Positions 1 to 8,557 of a stretch of 43,585 bases of DNA are shown here, piece after piece. The position numbers were made by a program, and so were the translations under genes. Source of the stretch: an uncultured Clostridia bacterium (GTDB lineage Bacteria; Bacillota; Clostridia; TANB77; CAG-508); the NCBI GenBank assembly GCA_947632835.1, contig CANRQI010000002.1:1-43585 (forward strand). The letters run 5' to 3'. Under the pieces are notes generated by a model. It was not told the DNA's origin. It searched no databases and worked only from the letters and a program-made list of their open reading frames with translations. Within the stretch, counting starts at the first letter, position 1. The number at the start of each line of letters is the position of its first letter.

Positions 1-366
1 TCTCAAACTTCAACATTAGTAATAAGAGGTTTTTCACAAGATGAAATAAAATTAAAAGATTTTTTTAGAGTTTGGTGGAAAGAAATTAGAGTTGCTTTAT
101 TGGTTGGTACTACATTAGCAATAGTTAATTGTATAAGAATATTTATACAATATGGAATTGGACAATATAAATTGGGATTAGTAGTAGGGCTTACACTTAT
201 AATTGTAGCTATATTATCTAAATCATTAGGATGCATTTTGCCAATGCTTGCTAAAAAATTAAAAATGGATCCAGCTATAATGGCTTCACCATTAATTACA
301 ACAATTGTTGATACTTGTTCAGTTTTAGTATACTTTAATTTAGCTGTTATAATATTAGGATTATAG
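1..366 (+). CDS. mgtE: Mg2+ transporter MgtE, C-terminal membrane domain (5' partial, runs off the window)
   Basis: The frame of the 100..366 ORF stays open back to nt 1 (SQTSTLVIRGFSQDEIKLKDFFRVWWKEIRVALLVG...). The C-terminal ...DPAIMASPLITTIVDTCSVLVYF... is the MgtE channel-domain signature. Confidence 0.7.
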   Translation, partial: SQTSTLVIRGFSQDEIKLKDFFRVWWKEIRVALLVGTTLAIVNCIRIFIQYGIGQYKLGLVVGLTLIIVAILSKSLGCILPMLAKKLKMDPAIMASPLITTIVDTCSVLVYFNLAVIILGL

Positions 367-405
367 AATAAGCTAGATGAAAATAAATTTTAAATAAAAA
401 AAATT

Positions 406-450
406 ATGAAGTGAATTAAAATTATTAAGAAAAATTTTAGTTCACTTCAT
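406..450. terminator. Long hairpin between convergent genes (bidirectional terminator candidate)
   Basis: ATGAAGTGAATTAAAATT (406-423) pairs with AATTTTAGTTCACTTCAT (433-450), one mismatch. It lies between the mgtE stop and the stop of the minus-strand ORF. Confidence 0.5.
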
Positions 451-462
451 TTAATATTAAGT

Positions 463-1200
463 TTATATTCTTTTAAATACAATATCATCAAAATCAGTTA
501 TTTCTAAATAAGAATCTGGATTTGTAATTATATCATCATTTGGTAAATCCATATTTAAAGTTCCTTTAAAAGTAATATTACTATTTAATGTTATTAAAAT
601 ATCAAATGATATAGAAAATTTTATATCAGTATCTGGAATATTTGCTTTAGTAAGTAAACTTCCATTATATGCAATTTCTTCGTCTGTATTAGAAACGTAG
701 TTACCTATATTTTCAAGTGCAACTCTAAATCCAAGCATTCCACCTTCATTTCCGATTTCTAAAGTTTTTAAAGTATCAATAGCAGCACCTGTATAAGTGA
801 TATCACTATTTAAGTAATTTTGTTCACTATATTCATATAGATTGTTTAAATCTCCAGTAGGTCTGTAAATTGAAATTTGACCAAGTTTTGGTGATTTTGT
901 AATGTGAAAATTATTTAATTTAATTTCTTTTATTGTTTCTTTACTATCTTTTTCACTTTTATTTATGTAAACAAAAATATTGTTGTTTTCTATTAAACTT
1001 ACATTCCAGAGATTTGAAGGGTCTTCATTATTTTTTGTGTCAATTCTACTTACAATTAAAATTTTTTCTAAAGAATAAGGAAGAGATGCTTCTCCTTCAA
1101 CATTATATTTTATAACAATTGAAAATACGATTGTTATAATGATTACTAAAAAGGCTAGAAATATACATTTTTTAAATAAATTTTTTTCATTTACTTTCAT
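463..1200 (-). CDS. Hypothetical membrane-anchored protein (single N-terminal TM helix)
   Basis: 245-aa ORF with a hydrophobic N-terminus (CIFLAFLVIIITIVFSIVI). Its start overlaps the tadA stop by 14 nt, suggesting an operon. No family recognised. Confidence 0.55.
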   Translation of the reverse strand: MKVNEKNLFKKCIFLAFLVIIITIVFSIVIKYNVEGEASLPYSLEKILIVSRIDTKNNEDPSNLWNVSLIENNNIFVYINKSEKDSKETIKEIKLNNFHITKSPKLGQISIYRPTGDLNNLYEYSEQNYLNSDITYTGAAIDTLKTLEIGNEGGMLGFRVALENIGNYVSNTDEEIAYNGSLLTKANIPDTDIKFSISFDILITLNSNITFKGTLNMDLPNDDIITNPDSYLEITDFDDIVFKRI

Positions 1201-1666
1201 TTTTAAATTTGTTCCTTTCTCGTAAATATTTAAAGAAACTCTTAATAATTTCAGAACATTCTTCCTTTAATATATATTTTTCAACTTGTACAATATGATT
1301 AAATTTATAATCTTCTAGTAAATTTAATTTAGAACCACAAGAACCAGTTTTTTCATCATCAGTTCCAATATAAATTTTTGATATTCTAGAATTTATTAGA
1401 GCACCTGCACACATTGAACATGGTTCTAAAGTAACATACATTTCACATCCTAAAAGTCGCCATGAATCTAATTTTTTACAAGCTTTTTGAATTGCAAGAA
1501 TTTCAGCATGAGCAGTAGCATTTTTAGAAGTTTCTTTAGAATTATGAGCTTTTGCAATAATTTTTCCATCTTTAACTATAATTGCACCAACAGGTATTTC
1601 TTCTTTTTCATAAGCTTTTTGAGCCTCTTTTAATGCAATTTTCATAAATTTTTCTTTTTCGTTCAT
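1187..1666 (-). CDS. tadA: tRNA-specific adenosine deaminase
   Basis: CDA zinc-binding motifs H-A-E (TAHAEILAI) and PCxxC (EPCSMCAGAL). Size of about 159 aa is typical. Confidence 0.9.
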   Translation of the reverse strand: MNEKEKFMKIALKEAQKAYEKEEIPVGAIIVKDGKIIAKAHNSKETSKNATAHAEILAIQKACKKLDSWRLLGCEMYVTLEPCSMCAGALINSRISKIYIGTDDEKTGSCGSKLNLLEDYKFNHIVQVEKYILKEECSEIIKSFFKYLRERNKFKNESK

Positions 1667-1782
1667 TTAAAATTCCTAACTTTTTATAATTGACTAATTT
1701 AAAATTAGCACAATTATTATATTACAAATTTTTTTATAAATCAAATAGATTTTAATTTTTAAGTTTTAGTGCTTACTTTCAA

Positions 1783-1924
1783 TATAGTTTAAAAAAGTTT
1801 TAATATATTTTTTTAGTTATGGTTTGTGGGGACCGTTTTAGAAAATGTTATAAACGTTAGTGAATTACATTTTCTTAAATGGGGAGAATAACTTAAAAAA
1901 TATATTAAAGTTTTTAACCTATTA
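1783..1924 (+). repeat. MITE-like element, family B, copy 1
   Basis: Near-identical to 32597-32741. Long terminal inverted repeats (AAAAGTTTTAATATATTTTTT...AAAAAATATATTAAAGTTTTT) enclose GTGGGGACCG (1826-1835), an internal hairpin (TTTTAGAAAATGT/ACATTTTCTTAAA) and GGGGAGAA. Confidence 0.8.
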
Positions 1925-2074
1925 TAAAAAATTAAGTTAAAGTCATGGAAAAATATATATTTTTTCGTAGTTTAATATATTTTCTAAAAAAATACCAAAA
2001 CTTAAAAATTAGCAGTATTTTAGGGTAATATAATGAAGTTTTTCAATAAAATTTTAAATTCATTATAAAAAGAC

Positions 2075-2103
2075 TTGAAAAAAATAAAAAAGCAGTATAT
2101 AAT
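2075..2103 (+). promoter_or_regulatory. Sigma-A type promoter for the SRP RNA
   Basis: TTGAAA (2075-2080), 17-nt spacer, TATAAT (2098-2103), just upstream of the SRP RNA closing helix. Confidence 0.6.
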
Positions 2104-2117
2104 TTACTAAGTTAAAT

Positions 2118-2245
2118 AAAAAAGCTTTTCTTAAGGAGAGTATGCTTCAATAAAAAGCTATGAATCTCGTCAGGTTCGGAAGAAAGCAGCGATAAGTAGT
2201 GCATTTATGTGAGCGCATGCTTTCCTTAAGGAAAGCTTTTTAAAA
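2118..2245 (+). ncRNA. ffs: Signal recognition particle RNA, short (4.5S-like) form
   Basis: Domain IV motif GUCAGG-UUC-GGAA-GAA-AGCAGC at 2168-2190 (GGAA tetraloop). It is closed by a 26-bp helix, 2118-2146 pairing with 2215-2241 (three G-U wobbles), followed by a T-run. Ends are approximate. Confidence 0.8.
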
Positions 2246-2263
2246 TAAGAGGAGGCTGGAAAA

Positions 2264-3862
2264 TTGGCATATACAGTGTTATATAGAAAATTTAGACCAC
2301 TCAAATTTGAAGATATGGTTGGAGAAGAACATATTACTAAAACATTGAAAAACCAAATCATGTCAGGTAGAGTGGGACATGCCTATCTTTTTAATGGAGG
2401 TAGAGGAACTGGAAAAACAACATCAGCTAAAATCTTGGCAAGAGCAGTAAATTGCTTAAATCCAAAAGATGGAGAGCCATGTAATGAATGTGAAATTTGT
2501 AAAGAAATTTTAGATGGTTCACTTACAGATGTTGTTGAAATGGATGCTGCTTCAAATAATAAAGTTGATGATATTAGAGAAATACGCGATGAGGTAAATT
2601 TTTTACCTACAAAAGCTAAATATAGAGTATATATTATTGATGAAGTTCATATGCTTACAAATGAGGCATTTAATGCACTTTTGAAAACATTAGAAGAACC
2701 ACCAGAACATGTAAAATTTATTTTAGCAACAACAGAACCTCAAAAGTTACCAACAACAATTCTTTCAAGATGTCAGAGGTTTGACTTTAAAAAAATTACA
2801 AATGAAAATATAATAAAAAGATTAAAAATTATTTGTAATGAATCAAATATAAAAATAACAGAGGAAGCATTAAATCTAATTGCAGTTTTAGCTGAAGGAG
2901 CAATGAGAGATGCTATTAGTATTTTGGAGAGATGTTCCCAAGAAAATGCAGATGAAATAGGAGTGGATTTAATTAAAGAATTAGTGGGAATTCCAGATTT
3001 AGCATATATTTCAAGAATTACTAAAAGTATTTTTGAACACAATGAAATCGAAGCTTTAGAGGTTATAGATGATGTAATAAAAGAGGGAAAAGATTTATAT
3101 AATTTCTTATGGGAAATAATAAAATATATTAAAGATGTTTTAGTATTTAAAAGTACAGGAAGCCTTAAAATTTATAGTGAGCAAGAAATAGCAGATATAA
3201 AAAATATATCTGAATTATGCTCAAAGGAAAAAATATTAAATATAATTTATTTATTATCTGATTTAGAAAATGATTTAAAATGGTCATCTCAAAAGACTAT
3301 AATGTTTCAAACAGGTATTATAAAAGCTTGTAGTAATGGAGAAACAGATGGTTTAGATGAATTAAGAGAAAAAGTTGCAAAATTGGAAAATGAATTAAAT
3401 AATGGAAATTTTACTTTACCCCAAAATACTGTTGTAAATAATGTTACGTCAGTGAAAGAGAAAAAAACTGAAGAAAATAAAGTTAAATTATCCACAAATA
3501 ATGAAAAAAGTGTGAATAAAAAGTCAGTAGAAAATAATTCTAGTTCAATAAATTGGGATAATATTATTTCAAAATTGAAAACTACAGGAAAAATAAGATT
3601 GTTCACTAGTTTAGCTAATACAAAAATAAATCAAGTAGGAGATATGATTATAGAAATAATATTTCCAAATGGTTTGACGCCATTTATTAAAGGTATTATG
3701 GAGGACAATAATAATAAAAAAGATTTAGAACAAATTTTATTAGAGGATACTGGAAAAGAATGGCATATAAAATTAAAAGATGGAAAATTATCAGATAATC
3801 AAGAGAAAAAATCAAATAATCAAATAGATGATTTGGGAATAGATATTAATATTATAGAATAG
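2264..3862 (+). CDS. dnaX: DNA polymerase III subunit tau/gamma
   Basis: TTG start 9 nt after AGGAGG. Motifs: Walker A GGRGTGKTT, zinc module CLNPKDGEPCNECEIC, Walker B IIDEVHML, SRC motif (LSRCQRF). Confidence 0.95.
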   Translation: MAYTVLYRKFRPLKFEDMVGEEHITKTLKNQIMSGRVGHAYLFNGGRGTGKTTSAKILARAVNCLNPKDGEPCNECEICKEILDGSLTDVVEMDAASNNKVDDIREIRDEVNFLPTKAKYRVYIIDEVHMLTNEAFNALLKTLEEPPEHVKFILATTEPQKLPTTILSRCQRFDFKKITNENIIKRLKIICNESNIKITEEALNLIAVLAEGAMRDAISILERCSQENADEIGVDLIKELVGIPDLAYISRITKSIFEHNEIEALEVIDDVIKEGKDLYNFLWEIIKYIKDVLVFKSTGSLKIYSEQEIADIKNISELCSKEKILNIIYLLSDLENDLKWSSQKTIMFQTGIIKACSNGETDGLDELREKVAKLENELNNGNFTLPQNTVVNNVTSVKEKKTEENKVKLSTNNEKSVNKKSVENNSSSINWDNIISKLKTTGKIRLFTSLANTKINQVGDMIIEIIFPNGLTPFIKGIMEDNNNKKDLEQILLEDTGKEWHIKLKDGKLSDNQEKKSNNQIDDLGIDINIIE

Positions 3863-3874
3863 GAGGAATAAAGT

Positions 3875-4219
3875 ATGGCAAAAAAGGGTGGATTTCCAGG
3901 AGGAATGGGAGGTTTTGGAGGCATGAATATTAATCAGCTTATGAAAGAAGCCAAAAAAATGCAAGCAGATATGGAAAAGTCTCAAGAAGAATTGACTGCT
4001 CAAGAATTTGAAGCAACAGCTGGTGGTGGTGCAGTAAAGGTTGTAGTTGGTGGAGATAAATATATAAAATCAATTACTTTAGATAAAGATGCAGTTGATC
4101 CAGAAGATGTTGAAATGTTGCAAGATTTAATTATAACTTGTATAAATGATGCTTTAAGAAAAGTTGATTCAGCTCAAGCTGCATCATTAGGAAAATATAA
4201 CATTCCTGGATTACTATAA
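3875..4219 (+). CDS. ybaB: Nucleoid-associated protein YbaB/EbfC
   Basis: 114 aa with N-terminal ...NINQLMKEAKKMQADMEKSQEEL... typical of the family. Conserved dnaX-ybaB-recR order. Confidence 0.9.
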   Translation: MAKKGGFPGGMGGFGGMNINQLMKEAKKMQADMEKSQEELTAQEFEATAGGGAVKVVVGGDKYIKSITLDKDAVDPEDVEMLQDLIITCINDALRKVDSAQAASLGKYNIPGLL

Positions 4220-4273
4220 AATATTTAAGTTAATAAAATATAAATTATATTTTAAAAACGGAAAGAGACAAAA

Positions 4274-4870
4274 ATGGAATATTCTCCATCAATAGAAAAA
4301 TTAATAGATAGTTTTGAAAAACTTCCAAGTATTGGACATAAAACTGCACAAAGATTAGCATTTCATATGCTTGATTTAACTAATGAAGAAGTAAAAGATT
4401 TTACAGATTCTATAATAAATGCTAAAAATAATTTGAAATTTTGTTCAAAATGCTTCAATATTTCTGATACAGACCCATGTAATATTTGTTCAAATCCAAA
4501 AAGAGATGAAACAATTATATGTGTTGTAGAAGATGTGAAGGATGTTGTGGCAATGGAAAGAACACATGAGTTTAATGGTTTATATCATGTACTTCATGGT
4601 TCTATTTCACCTATGAATGGAATTGGTCCAGAAAATATCAAGATTAAGGAATTACTTTCTAGGCTTATGGATGGAAAAGTAAAAGAAATTATTTTGGCTA
4701 CTAATCCTAGAGTTGAAGGTGAAGCTACATCAATGTATATATCTAAACTTGTAAAACCACTAGGTGTGAAGGTTACTAGAATAGCACGAGGAATACCAAT
4801 AGGTGGTGATTTAGAATATACTGATGAAGTAACTTTGGCAAAAGCGTTAGAAGGTAGAAACGAATTGTAA
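4274..4870 (+). CDS. recR: Recombination protein RecR
   Basis: HhH N-terminus ([15 protein letters not shown]), C4 zinc finger (CSKC...CNIC), Toprim region ([10 protein letters not shown]...[12 protein letters not shown]). Confidence 0.95.
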   Translation: MEYSPSIEKLIDSFEKLPSIGHKTAQRLAFHMLDLTNEEVKDFTDSIINAKNNLKFCSKCFNISDTDPCNICSNPKRDETIICVVEDVKDVVAMERTHEFNGLYHVLHGSISPMNGIGPENIKIKELLSRLMDGKVKEIILATNPRVEGEATSMYISKLVKPLGVKVTRIARGIPIGGDLEYTDEVTLAKALEGRNEL

Positions 4871-4904
4871 AAAAAAATATTGTGATAATTGTTACAAGTT
4901 TGAA

Positions 4905-5138
4905 TTAAAAAAATTTTAATTCATCATTTATTCCTAAACCGTCTCCATAGCAAACAAGAGTATCTATGTTTTTCTTTTTTTTATTCATAGGTACTCTTAA
5001 ACTTTTTTCAAAATCATTCTTTTTAGAAGAATTAATTTTTGAATGAGTTTCTTCTGTATTTTCGCTTAATTTTAAATTTTCCTTTTTTAAATTTAATTTA
5101 TTTTTTATAAATGAAATAATTTTTTGAAAAAAATTCAT
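4905..5138 (-). CDS. Small hypothetical protein
   Basis: 77-aa ORF preceded by a strong RBS (AAGGAGGAAAAATAAATG). No family recognised. Confidence 0.45.
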   Translation of the reverse strand: MNFFQKIISFIKNKLNLKKENLKLSENTEETHSKINSSKKNDFEKSLRVPMNKKKKNIDTLVCYGDGLGINDELKFF

Positions 5139-5159
5139 TTATTTTTCCTCCTTGAATTA

Positions 5160-7221
5160 TTAAATTTCTGGTTCTGAACCAAAATCATTTGCTACTTCTT
5201 CTAAGTTTGTTTTTGGTGTGTTAATATGTTGTTGATTTTGTCTATTTGTTTCCCAGAATCTAACTCCGATTAGATTTTTGTAAATCTGTTTTATAACATT
5301 CAAATTTTTCTGTGAATTTTTCTTCTGATAATTCTTCAAATTGCGAAGTTTCTTTATTTGCAAAATAAAATTTTCTTCCTATTTCAGATGAATCTATATA
5401 AACTGCTACAATAGGACGCTTTTTAGCATCATTTTTATCATATACTCTATTTATTTTAGCTTCATTAAAAGTTATATGTTCTGCATTATAAAAAATTGTT
5501 TTTATAAGTTCTATAGTTGCATTTTGAGAGAAATCTGGAAGAACTTCTGCAACGAGTGATAATTGATGTGCAATATTTTCTTCTAAATTATTTGAGAATG
5601 TATAATCAATATTTAACATTTTTTTAGCTATTTTGTTAAATGGAGTATTTCCTTTTTCATCTAATATTCCCACACTTATTAATAATTTTTTTAAATTTTC
5701 TATATCTAAACTAAGTGTAGTATCTTTTTGTAACTCACTATTTTCATGACATCTTGAATCTGTATTATTTGAAAGTATGTCCAATTTTCTAATAGTTTCA
5801 TAATCTACACAGAAATGTTTTGGAATTGTTCCTAATCTATTAGCAGTTAGATTCCATGTTGTATCTAATGTGGTGTTACCTATTATAGTTCTATTATTGG
5901 GAGTTGGAATTTTAACGTTTTTTATTTTAAAAAAAGTATGATTTGAACTATATACTATTTCACTTTCGACTCCAATTTTATCAAAAATATATTTTTCTGC
6001 AAACGCAATTCCATTACAAACACCTTGTCCAGAATTTAATATTTTCCATAATGCTCTAGAATCGTTGGAATTAAATACTTCAGTATCGTAATCAGGAGTA
6101 TAGCTTATTTTTTTCCCTAATGAATTATCAACAATAGCCACTTTTTGAAGTGTTGAATATTCTGATTTTAAGCTCTTAATTAAATTATTTATCCATTTTT
6201 CTCCTTCTAAATAATCTTCTATACTAGAAGAAGCATAGACCTTAATGCCTGTATTATTATTTTGTACATAATTAATTATTGCTGTATTAGGACAAATTTC
6301 GAATAATTGAGGAAGTTTTTGCTTTTCATCTTCAGTTAATTCTTCTGGATTTATTTTTATTAAATCGTCTAATCCATGATAGTCTTCAAGATTTCTGTTG
6401 AAATCTATATAAATTCTAAGAGAATGTTCAGCTTCTATTCCTTCAGAAAAATTGTAATATTGTATTTTTTTTAGATTTTTAAAATCAACTTCTTTCTGTA
6501 ATTCCATAGAATTATGTGGTTGCATATTAATGGCTGTTATATATTCAGCTGGAAAGTTAGAAATATTAATTTTATTTTTTACTTCTGAATTTAATGTAGC
6601 TAAAATTTCTTTTTTTTCTGTAAGAGATAAGTTCGCTTCATCTATTTTTTGAGCAAAATCAAGTTGATCATCATTATTTAATGCTTTTATAATTTCATAA
6701 GGATGTAAATGATATTTTTCAAAGAAATCTTTGTGATTTCCTAAAAAATCTCTTAATGTATCTGAATTAAAAGTAACTAATATTTCCATTTTATCATATT
6801 TTGGAATATTATCGTTTTCTAATAAAATTTCTTTTTTTTCTTCGAAATTAAAACTTCTCAAAATAATAATTCGTAGATTACCTCTTATGTTTTCTAATAA
6901 TTCAAACTTTTCAGAATTATTTAATGTATTTATTAGATTACTTAAATCGTTTTCATTAAAATTAATACTAGTTAAAAAATGTAATTTTGAGTTTAAATTT
7001 GTAATTTTTGAAAATAGAAATGTTTTAAATTGTGTAGGTAATTTTTGATAAAAAGGATAAGTATTAAATAATTGTATCTTTTCATCATCACTTAAATATT
7101 TAGTAATAAAATATAATAATTCAAAAATTTTAATATTATATTTTGATATAACATTTGGAGAAAAACAATTTAAAACATTATCAGAATCAGCTAATAGTTT
7201 AGCAAAATCTTCTATTTCCAT
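5160..7221 (-). CDS. Large hypothetical protein with a C-terminal transglutaminase-like Cys-His core; frame moves +1 at an in-frame CGG near the 3' end
   Basis: The 653-aa ORF (5260..7221) has a papain/transglutaminase-like GQGVCNGIAFAEKY...SSNHTFFKI. An in-frame CGG at 5268-5266 is followed by AGT TAG. The +1 frame from GGA (5267-5265) stays open 35 codons to a TAA at 5160, abutting the RBS of the next gene. Confidence 0.55.
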
Positions 7222-7247
7222 ATATTACCTCTTTTCTTTTGAATATT

Positions 7248-8390
7248 TTACATGTCATCAATATTTTCAGCTAAAAGAATATTGCATATATCACGAGTAG
7301 CATAAGGTTTTGCAAGTCGTATAGAATTTTGTTTCATTGTTTCTAATTTACTAGGATTTCTAGCTAAATTTTTTAAAATTCTAGCAACATTATCATCTTT
7401 TTTTATCCATATAGCACAGTTTTCATTTACTAAAAATTGTGCGTTTTCTTCTTCTTGACCTGGTATAGGATTTATAATAATTATTGGTAAATTTGATGTT
7501 AAACTTTCAGTAATTGTTAATCCACCAGCTTTTGTAACTACTATATTTGCTATAGACATTAGTTCTGGAACTTTGTCCGTATATTCTAAAACTTTAATTC
7601 TATCACTTGAATTTGTTTTATCAACAATTTCATTAAAATCTTTATTCATTTTTGGATTTTTTCCTGAGATTGCAACAACTTGAATTTCTTTAAACATTCT
7701 AATTATTGTTTTTAATGTTATACAAGCAGTATCTCTACCAAGTCCAAATTCACCACCACCGAAAAATAATACTGTAAATTTATTATTTTCTAACCAAAAT
7801 TCATCATATATTTCTTCTTTATTAAATTTTTCTTGAAATTTGGTTGAAACAGGTATACCAGTTACAAAAATTTTTTCTTCAGGAATATTTAGATTTATCA
7901 TATCATTTCTCATATTTTCATTTGAAACAAAAAAATAGTCAACAAATTCAGGTAAATATAACCATTGATTATGAATATGAAAATCCGTCATTATAGTAGC
8001 TAGTTTACAATTTATTTTATTTTTTTTCTTTAAAAATGCACACATTTGGCTACTAAATGGGTGAGTTGAAATTATTAAATCTGGATTTATTTCTTTTATT
8101 AAATTTTTAAGTTTTATTGCTAATATTTTGTTTGTGGTAGTAGTGATTTTTGCTAAAGCACCATCATTAGAATTATTGTAAACATGTTCCCATATTTTTG
8201 GAAGTTTTTTTGCTAATTCTTTATATGCTTCAGTTGAAATTTTATTTAAGTATTTATTTATATATTCAATGCAGTCTATTAATTCTATTTCAACTTCAGG
8301 ATGATTTCTTAAAATGTGGTTAGAAATAGATTTAGCTGCTGCAATATGACCACCACCATAAGCACCGTAAAAAATTATAATTTTTCTCAT
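7248..8390 (-). CDS. MGDG-synthase family glycosyltransferase (diacylglycerol glycosyltransferase, UgtP-like)
   Basis: N-terminal IIIFYGAYGGGHIAAAKSI and C-terminal GT28-like ...VTKAGGLTITESL...PIPGQEEENA... motifs. Confidence 0.75.
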   Translation of the reverse strand: MRKIIIFYGAYGGGHIAAAKSISNHILRNHPEVEIELIDCIEYINKYLNKISTEAYKELAKKLPKIWEHVYNNSNDGALAKITTTTNKILAIKLKNLIKEINPDLIISTHPFSSQMCAFLKKKNKINCKLATIMTDFHIHNQWLYLPEFVDYFFVSNENMRNDMINLNIPEEKIFVTGIPVSTKFQEKFNKEEIYDEFWLENNKFTVLFFGGGEFGLGRDTACITLKTIIRMFKEIQVVAISGKNPKMNKDFNEIVDKTNSSDRIKVLEYTDKVPELMSIANIVVTKAGGLTITESLTSNLPIIIINPIPGQEEENAQFLVNENCAIWIKKDDNVARILKNLARNPSKLETMKQNSIRLAKPYATRDICNILLAENIDDM

Positions 8391-8557
8391 TTTTTATACC
8401 TCATATTGAAATATTATATCACTAAGTTGAAAATAAATAAACCAAAAAAGTATATTTTTTTCTAAAATCGAAAAAATATAATTAAAAAATGGAATTAAAA
8501 TGGTTTATAGGTAAATCCATTTAAAACCTAAATAATTATATAAGGAATGATAATCTA

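Noticed and set aside
1835-1860. GTTTTAGAAAATG... inside family B resembles the 5' end of type II CRISPR repeats, and GGTCCC-like bases are nearby
   Set aside because: There are only two copies, 30 kb apart, each embedded in long TIRs. There is no repeat-spacer periodicity and no cas genes, so the resemblance is treated as coincidental.
1752-2018. TAATTTTTAAGTTTT(A/G)GT inverted repeat (about 1753-1771 and 2000-2018) bracketing MITE B1, a possible third, larger element
   Set aside because: It is a single pair of ~17/19-nt A/T-rich arms with no second copy in the window. It cannot be distinguished from chance in this composition.
2170-2361. 63-aa minus-strand ORF
   Set aside because: It overlaps the SRP RNA hairpin and the dnaX RBS/start. 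It has no RBS and is a by-product of the RNA gene.
2773-4003. Minus-strand ORFs 2773..3042, 3307..3606 and 3812..4003
   Set aside because: They are antisense to well-supported dnaX/ybaB coding sequence, with low-complexity Phe/Ile/Ser-rich translations typical of the antisense of AT-rich genes.
4258-4266. Intergenic CGG trinucleotides in Shine-Dalgarno regions (AACGGAAAGAG at 4258, TTCGGGGGA at 14341, TTCGGAGG at 32848)
   Set aside because: They are non-coding and G-rich simply because they are RBSs, so they carry no information about decoding of CGG.
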